A stretch of DNA of 64,000 nucleotides from assembly GCA_963796725.1 (NCBI GenBank), contig CAWCMT010000005.1, positions 272,427 to 336,426 of the forward strand, given 5' to 3'. The notes below the pieces were generated by a model. The model searched no databases, was not told where the DNA came from, and saw only the letters and a program-made list of their open reading frames with translations. The first letter of the stretch is position 1. Every line of letters starts with the position of its first letter. The position numbers and the translations under genes are program-made. This stretch comes from an uncultured Actinomycetes bacterium. GTDB lineage: Bacteria; Actinomycetota; UBA4738; HRBIN12. Positions 18,864-30,046 of this stretch are shown here, piece by piece.

Positions 18864-20012
18864 CGGACGGCGGCGTCCGCCACGATGGACGAGAGCGAGG
18901 CCAGCTCCGGGATCGACTGCCACTCGTCGGGCGAGTGGAAGTTGCCCCCCGCCGCTCCGATCATGACCGTGGGGATGCCGGCCAGCTGCGTGAGCCCTGA
19001 GTCCGCCCAGGCGTTCAGACCCACCGGTTCGAACGGCCGGCCGATCACCTCGAGCGCGGCGGCGTCGAGCGAGGCCCAGAGGTCCTCGTGCCCCTCGGCC
19101 TTGAACGGTTCACGATCGAGCTTGACGTCGACCTCACCCCTGAAGCCCGGCAGCACCTGCGCGCACTCGGTGAAGATGGTCTCGATGTCGGCCACCCGAT
19201 CCGAGAGGTGCTCGCCCGGCTGGGTCCCGATCTCGATCCCGAGGACGGCCCGCGAAGGGTAGGTGGCGTAATCCGTGCCGGCTCGGAGCGTGCCGGTGTG
19301 GAAGACCGTCTTGCCGTTCATGCGGGTCGGCGTTCGGCGCGAACACCTCGCGGTCCAGGCGGTCGAGCCGGCGCACGACCTCGGCCATGTGCACGATCGC
19401 GTCGATCCCCGCCTCGGGCGCGGAGCCGTGCGACGCCTTCCCGTGCACGATCACGTCGATCCAGCCGAACCCCTGGTGCTCGACGATCCCGCGGGGCAGC
19501 TCATCCGGCTCCAGGATCAGCACGGCGTCCATCGAGTGGCGTCGCAGGAGGTCCTCGGTGCCGATCGAGACGCCCTCCTCGTCGGCGACGCAGGCGAGCA
19601 TGAGGTCGCCCTTGAGCCGCACGCCGGACTCCGCGATCGCGCGCATGGCGGTGAGGCCGGCTACGCATCCGCTCTTGTCGTCGGCGGCGCCCAGGCCGAT
19701 CATCCGGTCCCCTTCGATCACCGGCTCGAGCGCGCGATCGGCCCAGTTGGCGTAACCGACCGTGTCCGCATGCGCGTTGAGGCAGAGCGTGGGGCCCCCG
19801 CCGATCCCCCGCAGCCTGGCAACCATGTTGATGCGTCCGGGCTCGACCTCGTCGAGCGCGACCTCCACGGGCAGATCGGCCAGCCATCCCGCCATGGCGT
19901 CGGCGACCGCGCGCTCGCCGCTGCCGTCGGGTATCAGCCATGGCGTCACGGATTCGATGCGCACCAGGTCCGCGAGCAGCGATGCGACCTGGTCCTCGGT
20001 GATGGGGTTCAT
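18842..20012 (-). pseudogene. M20-family metallopeptidase/deacylase (ArgE/DapE/CPG2-like), split by a 1-nt frameshift near 19320
   Basis: The N-terminal half lies in frame of ORF 19134..20081 (HADTV, GAADDKSG, ADEEG). The C-terminal half lies in frame of ORF 18842..19321 (NGKTVFHTGTL...NFHSPDEW). The span is 1171 nt (3n+1). Its ATG overlaps the upstream stop (ATGA). Confidence 0.75.
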
Positions 20013-21076
20013 GCGTCCTCCTCGTGTGGGGTCGGGTCCGTGGCCGCCGTATCGTCGGCCGCCTCGTCGGGGAAATGACACGCCGATCGGTGGGATCCCT
20101 CGCCGAGCGTGACGTCATGCGTGCGGCAGCGCTCGGGTCGGCCGAGCTGTTCGTAGCGCCAGCAGCGCGGGTGGAACCGACAGCCGGGCGGCACCTCGCG
20201 GGCGGTCGGGGTCTCGCCCTGCAGCAGGATCTGCTCGGCGGCCGCCCCAGCTTCGGGCGCCGGGATCACGGAGACCAGCGCCTTGGTGTAGGGGTGCTGT
20301 GGATCCCCGATCACGTCCGCGGACGGACCGATCTCGACGATCCGGCCCAGGTAGACCACGGCGATCCGGTCGGCCACGACCCACGCGAGGGAGAGATCGT
20401 GCGTGATGAAGAGGTAGGCCAGATCCCGTCGTTGCCGGAGGTCGAGCATCAGCCGGAGGATCCCGGCGCGCAGCGACACGTCCAGCATCGACACGGGTTC
20501 GTCGGCGACCACCAACGCGGGCTCCAGGACCATCGCCGATGCGATGGCGACGCGCTGGCGCTGGCCTCCGCTGAGATGGTGCGGGTAGCGGCGTGCCAGG
20601 TCCTCGGCCGGATACAGCCCGGCGCGTTCCATCGCCCCCAGGACCGCGGCGCGCCGCTCCTCCTTGCCCATGGATCGCCCGTGCACGGTCAGCGGCTCCG
20701 CCACCAGCTCGAAGACGCTCTGGCGGGGGTCGAGCGACTCGTACGGATCCTGGAAGACCATCTGGATGCGCTCGCGGATCGGCCGCAGCGCCCGGCGCGA
20801 CAGGTGGGAGATGTCCTGGCCCTGGAACTCGATCCGCCCTCCGGATGGCTCGACCAGCCGCATCACGGCCCTCGCGATCGAGGTCTTCCCGCACCCCGAC
20901 TCCCCCACGAGGGCCAGTACCTCGCCGGCCTGGACGTCGAAGGTCACGCCGTCGACGGCGAGCACCGGCTTCGTCTTGCGTTTGCGCGAGGCGTAGGTGA
21001 CGTGGAGATCCTCGACGCGCAGGAGCGGGCCGGCGACGCGGGCCGGCGCGTCGGCGGGAGGCGTTTCGACGCTCAC
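20009..21076 (-). CDS. ABC transporter ATP-binding protein (Opp/Dpp F-type)
   Basis: Walker A GESGCGKT, signature LSGGQRQR, and a C-terminal oligopeptide-type extension. GTG 21076 overlaps the upstream stop (GTGA). Confidence 0.85.
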   Translation of the reverse strand: MSVETPPADAPARVAGPLLRVEDLHVTYASRKRKTKPVLAVDGVTFDVQAGEVLALVGESGCGKTSIARAVMRLVEPSGGRIEFQGQDISHLSRRALRPIRERIQMVFQDPYESLDPRQSVFELVAEPLTVHGRSMGKEERRAAVLGAMERAGLYPAEDLARRYPHHLSGGQRQRVAIASAMVLEPALVVADEPVSMLDVSLRAGILRLMLDLRQRRDLAYLFITHDLSLAWVVADRIAVVYLGRIVEIGPSADVIGDPQHPYTKALVSVIPAPEAGAAAEQILLQGETPTAREVPPGCRFHPRCWRYEQLGRPERCRTHDVTLGEGSHRSACHFPDEAADDTAATDPTPHEEDA

Positions 21077-22053
21077 GCGTCCTCTCCCACCAGGTGGCAC
21101 GCGGCTCGATGCCGCGGCCCCACGTCCCTGAGGCGAGGATCGTCCGTCGCGCAACGGTCGATCTTCACCGGGCACCGCTCATGGAACCGGCAGCCGGGCG
21201 GGGGGAAGGCGAGGTCGGGAGGGTACCCGGGCATGCCGTCCACGAACCTCCGCTCGCCCCGGATGTTGGGGTAGGCCTGCAGGAGCCCGCTCGTGTAGGG
21301 GTGCGCCGGCCCTCCCGGGCGGCCGGGGCCCGGGAACAGGTCCACGGCATCGGCCTCCTCCACGATCCGGCCCGCATACATGATGGCGACGCGATCGCAG
21401 GTCTCAGCCAGGACGGACAGGTCGTGGGAGATCAGGATCATCGAGAGGTTCAGCCGTTCACGGAGATCGCGCAGCAGGGTGAGGATCTGCGCCTGGGTCA
21501 TGACATCGAGGGCGGTGATCGGCTCGTCGGCGATCACGAGCTCGGGGCGACACGCGAGCGCCATCGCCACCATCACGCGCTGACGCATCCCCCCTGACAG
21601 CTCGTGGGGGTAGTCCTCGGCACGATCTGCGGGGATGCCCACCGCTTCGAGCAGCTCGGCGACGCGGGCCTCCGCATCTCCCTTCGCGACGTCGGGCTCG
21701 TGGATCTGGATCGGCTCGAGGATCTGCGCGCCCACCCGATGCACGGGGTTGAGCGCGTTCATCGCGCCTTGGAACACGACCGAGACCCGCATCCACCGCA
21801 CCGCGTCGAGCGCGTCGTCGTCGAGGCCGAGCAGGTCCGTACCACTCAGGGAGATCGTCCCCGTCACCTCCGCCGTATCGGGCAGCAGGCGCGGGATCGC
21901 GAGCGCGGCCGTGGTCTTGCCGCACCCGGACTCCCCAGCCAACCCAAGCGCTTGCCCGGCCTCAAGGGTGAGATCGATCCCGGCGACCGCCTCGATCGGT
22001 CCGCCCTGGCTGGCGTAGCGCACACGGACGTCGCGCATCTCCAGGAGACTCAT
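21073..22053 (-). CDS. ABC transporter ATP-binding protein (Opp/Dpp D-type)
   Basis: Walker A GESGCGKT and signature [11 protein letters not shown] 22053 overlaps the permease stop (ATGA). It is the C-terminal part of the artefactual 827-aa ORF. Confidence 0.85.
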   Translation of the reverse strand: MSLLEMRDVRVRYASQGGPIEAVAGIDLTLEAGQALGLAGESGCGKTTAALAIPRLLPDTAEVTGTISLSGTDLLGLDDDALDAVRWMRVSVVFQGAMNALNPVHRVGAQILEPIQIHEPDVAKGDAEARVAELLEAVGIPADRAEDYPHELSGGMRQRVMVAMALACRPELVIADEPITALDVMTQAQILTLLRDLRERLNLSMILISHDLSVLAETCDRVAIMYAGRIVEEADAVDLFPGPGRPGGPAHPYTSGLLQAYPNIRGERRFVDGMPGYPPDLAFPPPGCRFHERCPVKIDRCATDDPRLRDVGPRHRAACHLVGEDA

Positions 22054-22943
22054 CGGCGCTCCCGCAGACGGGGGTTCAGGATCTTGTCGAGCGCGTGTCC
22101 CGCGAGGGCGAAGCCCAGGACCACCACCACGATGCCGAGCCCCGGCGGCATGAAGTACCACCATGCGCCGCGGCCGACCGCGCCGCTCACGAACGCGAAG
22201 TGGAGCATCGTCCCCCACGACACGTGGACGGGGTCGCCCAGCCCGAGGAACGCCAGGGTCGCCTCCGCCAGGATCGAGCCCGCGATCACCAGCACGGCGT
22301 TGGCGAAGATCAGCGGCGCGACGTTGGGCAGGATGTGTCGCATCATCACGCGCGTGTTCGAGGCGCCCATCGAATGCACGCGCATCACGAACTGTCGTTC
22401 GCGCAGGGTCAGCACCTGGGACCTGACGATGCGCGCGATCGAGGGCCAGCTGGTGAGCCCGATGACGAGCACGATCACCTCCAGGCTCTGGCCGAAGATC
22501 GCAGCCAGGACGATGATCAGGGGGATCGCGGGTAAGACCAGGAAGAAGTCGGTGATCCGCATCAGCGTGGCATCGATCCACCCGCCGAAGTGCCCGGCCA
22601 GCAGCCCGATCCCCGCGCCCACCACGATCGCGATAACGGTCGCGAGCACGCCGATCAGGATCGAGATGCCCGCGCCGGCGAGGAGCTCGCTGAAGACGTC
22701 GCGCCCCAGTTCGTCGGTCCCGAGCCAGTGCTCTGCGGAAGGCGGTGCCAGGATCTCCGACGCTGAGGTCCCCACGGCCGTGGGGTCGAACGGCCAGATC
22801 TTCGGCCCCACCACGGCCATCAGCGACACGGCGATCAGCAGGATGATGCCCACGCGCCCCATCCGGTCGGCCCACATCGCCCGCCAGGTCCGGCTCAGCG
22901 TCGCGCGCGCGCCGGTGTCCTCGGTCGCGATCAGCTGCGCCAT
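22050..22943 (-). CDS. ABC transporter permease (DppC/OppC-like)
   Basis: 297 aa, 6 TM segments, binding-protein-dependent transport EAA-type loop. Confidence 0.85.
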   Translation of the reverse strand: MAQLIATEDTGARATLSRTWRAMWADRMGRVGIILLIAVSLMAVVGPKIWPFDPTAVGTSASEILAPPSAEHWLGTDELGRDVFSELLAGAGISILIGVLATVIAIVVGAGIGLLAGHFGGWIDATLMRITDFFLVLPAIPLIIVLAAIFGQSLEVIVLVIGLTSWPSIARIVRSQVLTLRERQFVMRVHSMGASNTRVMMRHILPNVAPLIFANAVLVIAGSILAEATLAFLGLGDPVHVSWGTMLHFAFVSGAVGRGAWWYFMPPGLGIVVVVLGFALAGHALDKILNPRLRERR

Positions 22944-23915
22944 CTACGACTCCCGCACCCTGGGGTCGAGCCGCCGGTACAACAGGTCGCTGAGGAAGTT
23001 CGCGAAGATCACCGTGAACGCGAAGACCAGGAAGCAGGCCTCCAGCACCGCGTAGTCGCGTCGGAGCACGGCGTCGTAGGTGAGCTCCCCCATCCCGGGC
23101 CAGGAGAAGACGGTCTCCACCTGGATCGCGCCCCCCACCACCAAGCCGATGTAGAGGGCCGAGGCCGTCACCACGGGGAGCATCGCGTTGCGCATCCCGT
23201 GGTGCCACAGGAGGCGTCGCTTCGGGACGCCCTTCGCCTTCGCGGTGGTCACGAAGTCCTCGGTGAGGACGTCCACCAACGAGCTCCGCGTGATCAGGAC
23301 GAACTGGCCGATGTCGACGAGCGCCAAGGTGATCGTCGGCAGCACCAGATGCTTCGAGACGTCGACGATGCTCCACAGCGGGGTCCCGTAGACAGCGCCG
23401 GGGGTCGTGATCCCGGAGATGGGCAGGATGTGCAGCCACACCCCGAACACGAACACGAGCAGCAGGCCCACCCAGAACGTCGGCATGCTCCACAGGGCCA
23501 GCGAGCTCACGACCGTCGTGGAGTCCATCTTCGAGCCGCGGCGCTCCGCCGACCACGCTCCGAGCCCGACCCCGAAGCCCACCACCAGGACGGTGGCGGC
23601 CCCAAGCAACAGCAGGGTGTTCATCAAGCGCTGGCCGATGATCTGCGCGACCGGCTGCCGGTAGGTGAGCGAGAACCCCAGGTCGCCATGGAGCAGCCCT
23701 CTGAGGTAGATCCAGAACTGCTCGAGCATCGGCTTGTCCAGGCCGAAGACCGCGCGCAGCTGCTCGGTCTGCTGCGGGGTGAGGTGCCCCGACCTCGCGT
23801 AGAGCCGGATCGGGTCGCCCGGCAGGACGCGGAACAGCAGGAAGTTGAAGACGACGACCGCGAAGAGGGTCAGGACGAGCTGCAGGACCTTCCGGGTGGT
23901 GGGACCCAGCCGCAC
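22944..23915 (-). CDS. ABC transporter permease (DppB/OppB-like)
   Basis: The real gene is the last 323 codons of the 835-aa read-through ORF. It starts at GTG 23915 ([18 protein letters not shown]...). Confidence 0.85.
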   Translation of the reverse strand: MRLGPTTRKVLQLVLTLFAVVVFNFLLFRVLPGDPIRLYARSGHLTPQQTEQLRAVFGLDKPMLEQFWIYLRGLLHGDLGFSLTYRQPVAQIIGQRLMNTLLLLGAATVLVVGFGVGLGAWSAERRGSKMDSTTVVSSLALWSMPTFWVGLLLVFVFGVWLHILPISGITTPGAVYGTPLWSIVDVSKHLVLPTITLALVDIGQFVLITRSSLVDVLTEDFVTTAKAKGVPKRRLLWHHGMRNAMLPVVTASALYIGLVVGGAIQVETVFSWPGMGELTYDAVLRRDYAVLEACFLVFAFTVIFANFLSDLLYRRLDPRVRES

Positions 23916-23941
23916 GTCGCTCCCTCTGCCCCTTCCCCCGG

Positions 23942-25636
23942 CTACGCCGGCTGCACGTTCAGGTAGTTGGCGCGCGTGAAGTTGAAGATCACGCCGCCCG
24001 GCGTGTCCGTCCAGCCGGTCCACTTGTCCGTGCGATAGGCCTGGAGCTTGTCCTGGTACCACATCACGATGTAGGCGCCGTCGTCGTAGAAGAGCTGCTG
24101 CGCCTGGTGGACGAGGTCCACGCGCGTGGGGCGGTCGAGCTCCGTCGCCTGCTGGTCGTAGAGAGCGTCGTACTTCGGGTTCGAGTAGTAGACGTCGTTG
24201 TTGTTGTCGATCTGGCTCGTCAGCTCCACACCGAGCAGGTAGTCGGGATCGTTCACGCCGGAGTCCCAGCCCCATACGAAGATGTCCCAGTCCGGGGCGG
24301 CGGCGTTGTACACGATGGATCCCAGCGTGTTCTCGTCCATGGTCTGGAGATCCAACTTGATCCCCACCTTCGAAGCGGAGTCGCGGAAGATCTGGGCCGC
24401 ACGGACGTCCACGGTGGTCGACTCGATCGCGATCAGCCGGAACTCCAGCGGCGACCCGTCCGTGCTCTGGCGGACGTTGCCGCTGCCCATCGCGTAACCG
24501 GCGGCATCGAGCATCTGGTTCGCCTTGTCCGGATTGGCGTTGAACTGCTGATCCTCGGGGATCTGGAGTTGATAGTCCGACATCGCCGGCGGCAGCAGCA
24601 CGCTCCCGGGCTTGCCGTGGCCCGCGAGCGCGATCTGCACCAGCTGGTTCCGGTCCAGGGAGTAGGCGAGGGCCTGCCGCACCGTGCGATCGAGCAGCAG
24701 CGGGTTCCCGCCCGACTTGGGGTTCGTGGACACGTTGATGCCGATGTGATGGAACGAGAAGCCCGGCAGGGAAACGGCCTTGACACCGTCGACCGCGGTG
24801 ATCCCGTCCCAGATCGTGGGCGGTACCTCGGAGAGGACGTCGACCTCCGCCGTGCGCACGGCCTGGGCCATCACGTCCTCGTTCTGATACAGGACCCAGA
24901 TGACCGAGTCGGCGCCCGGCGCCGTCCCCCACCAGTCCGGGTTCCGGTTGACCGTGACGGTCTGCCCTCGCTTCCACTCCCCGAAGGTGAAGGGTCCCGT
25001 CCCGACCGGGTGGTCGTTCGAGAACTTCTGGATCTCGTCCCCGGTCTTCTCCCTCCAGACGTGCTCGGGCAGGATCGGGATCGCGAGACCGGGATCGAAG
25101 GCCTGAGGGCGTTTGAAGCTGACCACCACCGTGTCGTCGCCCTGCGCCGTGATCGAGGTCATCTCCGTCAGCCATTGGGCGTACTCGGACAGCTGGCGGT
25201 TGTGGATCAGCTTGAAGGTGAACACCACGTCCGCTGCGGTGAACGGCTTCCCGTCGTGCCACGTGACGCCGCTCCGCAGCTTGTAGGTGACGGTCCCGTC
25301 GTTCGCTGTCGAGGTCGACTCCGCGAGCGACGGCTGGATCCCGAGGTCGGCGTCGTACTCCATCAGCTTGTCGTAGACCAGCTGCAGCACCTCGTTGGCT
25401 TCCGTGGAGTAGGTGGTGAGGGGGTTCATGGTGTCCGGCTCGGACGACCACCCCACCCGGAGCGGGCCTCCTGCTCCCCCGCCTCCTCCACCGCTCGAGG
25501 TTGCCGGGTTGGTGTTCCCGGCCCCGGTGCAGGCGGCGAGGATGGCGGGCAGGCCTCCGATGACGATCGCGCCGCCCGCGGTCCTCGTGAGGAAGTCGCG
25601 CCGCGAGATGCCCGGACGCGCCCGTCCCTGTTCCAT
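23942..25636 (-). CDS. ABC substrate-binding lipoprotein, family 5 (peptide/nickel type)
   Basis: Tat-like signal ([11 protein letters not shown]) plus lipobox (LAAC), then an SBP_bac_5-like body. Confidence 0.85.
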   Translation of the reverse strand: MEQGRARPGISRRDFLTRTAGGAIVIGGLPAILAACTGAGNTNPATSSGGGGGGAGGPLRVGWSSEPDTMNPLTTYSTEANEVLQLVYDKLMEYDADLGIQPSLAESTSTANDGTVTYKLRSGVTWHDGKPFTAADVVFTFKLIHNRQLSEYAQWLTEMTSITAQGDDTVVVSFKRPQAFDPGLAIPILPEHVWREKTGDEIQKFSNDHPVGTGPFTFGEWKRGQTVTVNRNPDWWGTAPGADSVIWVLYQNEDVMAQAVRTAEVDVLSEVPPTIWDGITAVDGVKAVSLPGFSFHHIGINVSTNPKSGGNPLLLDRTVRQALAYSLDRNQLVQIALAGHGKPGSVLLPPAMSDYQLQIPEDQQFNANPDKANQMLDAAGYAMGSGNVRQSTDGSPLEFRLIAIESTTVDVRAAQIFRDSASKVGIKLDLQTMDENTLGSIVYNAAAPDWDIFVWGWDSGVNDPDYLLGVELTSQIDNNNDVYYSNPKYDALYDQQATELDRPTRVDLVHQAQQLFYDDGAYIVMWYQDKLQAYRTDKWTGWTDTPGGVIFNFTRANYLNVQPA

Positions 25637-25658
25637 CGTTACCTCCTCTTCCCGCGCC

Positions 25659-27008
25659 TCAGCCCGCCAGCAGCTGGTCGCGCGTCGCGTTCACCGCGTC
25701 CTGGAACGCCTCCAGGACCTGATCCACGTGCTCGTCCGTGTGTACCGTCGAGACGAACCACAGCTCGATGTTGCTGGGGTGCACCATGACGCCGCGCTCC
25801 AGCAGGGCACGGATCAGGGTGGCGTACCGGGGAGAGTTCAGGTGCGCGGCCGCCTCCCGGTAGTTCGTGACCGGGGTCTCGGAGAACCAGAGCTGGAACA
25901 TCGGCCCTACGCCCTGGGCCTGGATCGCGATACCGGCGTCCTCGAGGATGCCCGCGAGACCCTCCCGCAGCCGATCGGAGATCGAATAGAGGCGTTCGTA
26001 GGTGCCAGGCGCCGACAGGATGTCGAGCGAGGCCCTGACAGCCGCCATCGCCAGGGTGCTCGCGTTGTAGGTTCCGGCGTGCAGCACGCTCCCGTCGGCC
26101 ACACGCTCCATCAGGTCCTTGCGGCCACCGACGGCCGAGACCGGGAACCCGCCGCCCAGCGCTTTCGCCATCGTCGTGAGGTCTGGGGTAACCCCGTACT
26201 TCGCCTGGCCGCCGCCGAACGCGACCCGGAACCCCGTGATGACCTCATCGAAGATCAACACGGAGCCGTGAGCCGTCGTGAGCTCCCGCAGGAGCTCGAG
26301 GTAGCCGGGGTTCGGGGGGATCACGCCGGTGTTCCCCATCACGGGTTCGGTGAGGATCGCGGCGACCTCGTCGCCACGCTCGGCCATGAACGCCGAGACG
26401 ACCTCGGCATCGTTCCACGGCAGCACCGCGAGGGCGGAGCCGAACGCATCGGGGATCCCCAGGGATCCGGGAAGGGCGTTCGGATGGTCCACCGGCCCCG
26501 CCTTCGCGAGATCCGGATGATGGCTCCACTCCAGCTGGTCGGCCCACCCGTGGTACTGACCCTCGAACCGGACCACGATCGACCGTTCGGTCGCCGCCCG
26601 GGCGATGCGGGTCGCGTGCAGGACGGCCTCGGTCCCGGAGTTGGAGAATCGGACCAGCTCGACGGAGGGAACCGCTGCGACGACCGCCTTCGCGGCCTCC
26701 GCCTCCAGCTCGTACGGCAGGGCGTACATCGTGCCCAGATCGCGGATCGCGTCCACGACCGCCTCCGTCATCACCGGATGCGCGTGACCGTGGATCATCG
26801 GACCCAGGGCCAACAGATGGTCGATGTAGCGGTTGCCGTCGATGTCCCAGAGCTCGACGCCCTGGCCGCGCGCGATGACCGGCGGCGACGGGATCCACCC
26901 GGCGTCGGGGCCCCGGGCTCCACTGTTCACGCCACCCGCGATCACGCGCTCCGCGGCCTCGTACGCCGCGGCCGACTTCGTCACCTGATACGTCATGCGA
27001 TCTCCCAT
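25659..27008 (-). CDS. class III (fold type I) aminotransferase, glutamate-1-semialdehyde aminomutase-like
   Basis: 449 aa. NSGTEA, IFDEVITGFR and the PLP-lysine context TTMAKALGGGFP are typical of the GSAM/HemL-like subgroup. Confidence 0.8.
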   Translation of the reverse strand: MGDRMTYQVTKSAAAYEAAERVIAGGVNSGARGPDAGWIPSPPVIARGQGVELWDIDGNRYIDHLLALGPMIHGHAHPVMTEAVVDAIRDLGTMYALPYELEAEAAKAVVAAVPSVELVRFSNSGTEAVLHATRIARAATERSIVVRFEGQYHGWADQLEWSHHPDLAKAGPVDHPNALPGSLGIPDAFGSALAVLPWNDAEVVSAFMAERGDEVAAILTEPVMGNTGVIPPNPGYLELLRELTTAHGSVLIFDEVITGFRVAFGGGQAKYGVTPDLTTMAKALGGGFPVSAVGGRKDLMERVADGSVLHAGTYNASTLAMAAVRASLDILSAPGTYERLYSISDRLREGLAGILEDAGIAIQAQGVGPMFQLWFSETPVTNYREAAAHLNSPRYATLIRALLERGVMVHPSNIELWFVSTVHTDEHVDQVLEAFQDAVNATRDQLLAG

Positions 27009-27014
27009 CCTTCC

Positions 27015-28145
27015 CTATACGAATTCCAGAGCCCCGAGGCGCCCGGGCTCCGCCGATCCACCCGACAACCGTCGTTGCGCCAGCGTGAGCGCCAGGCTGG
27101 CAGCACCGCGGGCGACCGCGTCCTCGCCCAGCTCCGAGACCACGAGCCGAGGCGGGAACGGCAACGCCTCGACCAACCGCTCGGCCAGACGGTCCCGGAG
27201 CGCCGGCTGTCCCCGCACGACCCCGCCGCCGAGCACGATCACCTCAGGATCGAGGAGCGCGGCGACGTCCACCACGAGATCCCCCAACGCGAGGACCGCG
27301 TCCTCCACCACGGCCCGTGCGTCGACGTCCCCCGCCGACGCGAGCTCGAACACCCGCTCCGCCCGCAGCCCGGGCACCTTCGCGCCGCGCCGCTCGAGGT
27401 AGCGGAACGGGATCGCGCGGCCCGACGCCCGCTCCTCCAGGCGGTCGGGCGCGAGGTAGGCGATCGCCCCCGCCGAGGAGCGCGCGCCGTGCACCGGACG
27501 GCCTCCGACGACCAGCCCCGCGCCCACGCCGTGTCCCAACGACAGGTAGGCCACTTCGGTACACCCGCGCGCGGCTCCCGAGGCCGCCTCCCCCGCGGCC
27601 GCCAGCAGGTCGTCGTTATCGATCGAGACCGGTACACCGAGCGCCACCGACAGACGGGCCGCGACCTCGCGCCCGGCGAGCGCGGGGAGGTCGGGTGAGA
27701 GCAGCACCCTCCCGGCGGCGGCGTCCACGATCCCGGAGATCCCAGCTCCCCCCGCGACCACGTGGGCGTCGGCACGCCGGGACACCTCCCCCACGAGCCT
27801 GGCGATGGCTCGCGCGAACGCGTCGATGCGCTTGGTCGACGCGACTGCACCGGTGGCGCGGGCCAGGACGTGACCCTCGAGGTCGGTGAGGACGACCCGC
27901 ACACGCGATCCACCGGCGTCGATGCCCACCACGTGCGCCGCGTCCGGGCGTAGTCGCACCACGCGCGGCGGCCGTCCCACACCCCCACCCGCGACATCCC
28001 GTTCTTCCACGAGGCCCTCCCTGCGCAGGTGGGCCACGGCGCGGCTGATCGTGGCGGGTGAGAGCCCGGTCGTCTCCGCGAGCGAAGCGCGGGACGATCC
28101 AGGGGTACGGCACAGGGCTTCCAACACGTCGAGGGTGTGCGCCAC
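27015..28145 (-). CDS. ROK-family transcriptional regulator
   Basis: N-terminal wHTH (RASLAETTGLSPATISRAVAHLRREGLV) plus a ROK sugar-kinase-like body (GIDAGGS..., GLGHGVGAG). Confidence 0.85.
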   Translation of the reverse strand: MAHTLDVLEALCRTPGSSRASLAETTGLSPATISRAVAHLRREGLVEERDVAGGGVGRPPRVVRLRPDAAHVVGIDAGGSRVRVVLTDLEGHVLARATGAVASTKRIDAFARAIARLVGEVSRRADAHVVAGGAGISGIVDAAAGRVLLSPDLPALAGREVAARLSVALGVPVSIDNDDLLAAAGEAASGAARGCTEVAYLSLGHGVGAGLVVGGRPVHGARSSAGAIAYLAPDRLEERASGRAIPFRYLERRGAKVPGLRAERVFELASAGDVDARAVVEDAVLALGDLVVDVAALLDPEVIVLGGGVVRGQPALRDRLAERLVEALPFPPRLVVSELGEDAVARGAASLALTLAQRRLSGGSAEPGRLGALEFV

Positions 28146-28156
28146 GACCGCTAGTT

Positions 28157-28173
28157 TCTTTCACTCTGAAAGA
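28157..28173. promoter_or_regulatory. perfect 7-3-7 palindrome TCTTTCA-CTC-TGAAAGA upstream of the ROK operon (candidate operator)
   Basis: Read directly. It is the only AT-rich perfect inverted repeat in the ROK/LuxR divergent intergenic region, 12 nt from GTG 28145. Confidence 0.45.
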
Positions 28174-28286
28174 TACTCACCGACGTGAGGGTCCCACGCT
28201 GGGGACGGTCTCGTCAAGGACCCTGCTCTCCGACTCCGCTCGCGCTGCCGCCGCTAGGCTTGCAACGGACGGTGGACGAGGAGCTC

Positions 28287-29922
28287 ATGGCGCAGACGGA
28301 GATCGAACGGGCGCGAGACGCCTTGTCGCGCGAGGCATGGGCCGATGCCTTCGATGACCTGCGCGCTGTCGATCCGGCGCTGCTGACACCCTCCGACCTC
28401 GAGGGGCTCGCCGACGCCGCGTGGTGGATCTCGCGGTTCGAGGACTCGATCGATGCCCGGCAGAAGGCCTACGCGGCCTACGCAGCCGCGGGAGATCGTG
28501 TCGCAGCCGGAGCGGCGGCGGCCAGGCTCGCGATCGAGCACTTCGTCCGGGCGGAGCCCTCGGTCGGCACCGGGTATCTCATGCGGGCCCAGCGACACCT
28601 GCAAGGGGTGGGCGACTGCCCCGAGCTCGGGTTACTCGACGATGGTCGAGTCCAACGTGGCGCGGTTCGCCGGCGAGCTCGATCGCGCGCTCGCGTCCGC
28701 CCGGCGGGCCACCGAGATCGGCGAAGGCTGCGGCGATCGCAACCTCGTCACGATGGCGATCCACAGCGAGGGCCTCGCCTTGGTGGATGCGGGCAGGATC
28801 GACGAGGGCCTCGCATTGATGGACGAGGCGATGACGGGGGTGTTGGCCGGGGACCTGAGCCCGTACTTCACCGGCGTCATCTACTGCAATCTGATCCAGG
28901 CTTGCCTCGAGGTGAACGACGTCCGCCGCGCCGGAGAGTGGAGCGACGCCGCCCGCACCTGGTGCGACACCCTTCAGCCGGAGGCCCCCTTCACGAGCCT
29001 GTGCCGTGTGAACCGCGCCGAGGTCGCTCGCCTGCGGGGAGCCTGGTCCGAGGCGGAGACCGAAGCCCGAGCGGTGCTGTCCTCCGAGGCGCTCGCCGCG
29101 AACGAGCCTGGACTCGCCGCGGCCGCCTTCGTCCAGATCGGCGAGGTGCGCCGTCGGGTGGGCGACCTGGCGGGAGCCGAGGAGGCGTTCGCCAAGGCCC
29201 AGGAGTTGGGCACCGACGCCCAGCCCGGACTCGCACTGTTGCGGATGGCGCAGGGCAAGCTGGAGGCGGCGGCGTCCGGGCTTCAGCTCGCGCTGGCCTC
29301 CGAACACCACCGCCCGCGGCGGGCGCGACTCCTCACGGCCCGGGTGGACGTCGCCCTCGCGATGGGAGATCTCGACATGGCGAGACCGGCGGTCGAGGAG
29401 CTGTCGTCGATGACCGAGACGGGGGCAACGTCGGCGCCCGCGCTCGCCGCGGCCGCGGCGATGGCCACCGGGGGCCTCGAGCTCGCCGAGGGTGAGCCGT
29501 CGTCCGCGCTCGATCATCTCCGCCGGGCGGGTGCCGCGTGGCAGACGCTCAAGCTCCCCTACGAGGCGGCGAGGGCCCGCGTGCTCTGCGCCCGGGCGAT
29601 GCGGGCCGCCGGCGACGAGGAGGGCGCCCGCCTGGAGCTGCAGGCTGCCGCGGCGGCCTTCGAGCGCCTAGGCGCCGTCCCCGACGTGGAGGCGACCGCC
29701 AGGCTCCTGGGCGACCCCGAGAAGCTCCCGGGCGGGCTCACCGCCCGCGAGGTGGAGGTGCTCCGCCTGGTGGCGGCGGGGAAGACGAACCGAGACATCG
29801 CCGTCGAGCTCGTCATCAGCGAGCACACGGTCGCCCGGCACCTGCAGAACATGTTCGCGAAGCTCGGCGTGTCCTCTCGCTCGGCCGCCACCGCCTACGC
29901 CTTCGAGCACGACCTGGCGTGA
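28287..29922 (+). pseudogene. LuxR-family regulator (TPR-like N-terminal region + C-terminal HTH), frameshifted near 28635
   Basis: The N-terminus is in frame 0 (MAQTEIERARDALSREAWADAF...CPELGLL). The rest is in frame +1 (..TMVESNVARFAGELD... LTAREVEVLRLVAAGKTNRDIAVELVISEHTVARHLQNMFAKLGV). Span is 3n+1. Confidence 0.7.
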
Positions 29923-30046
29923 TCCCGGCCCAACGTGGTGCGTTCTGACCATCCGAGCGGGGATGCAAGTTGGTCCATCCCAGCGATGAGGACTCCCCCG
30001 TGCGGCGCCTACCTTGCTCCCGATGCCTAACGAAGGAGGAGCGGAG

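Noticed and set aside
21073-25451. 827-aa and 835-aa ORFs that would fuse ABC ATPase or permease genes with upstream sequence.
   Set aside because: Only the C-terminal 326 and 323 codons are protein-like. Internal ATG 22053 and GTG 23915 coincide with the stops of the upstream genes (ATGA overlap, or start 26 nt after the SBP stop).
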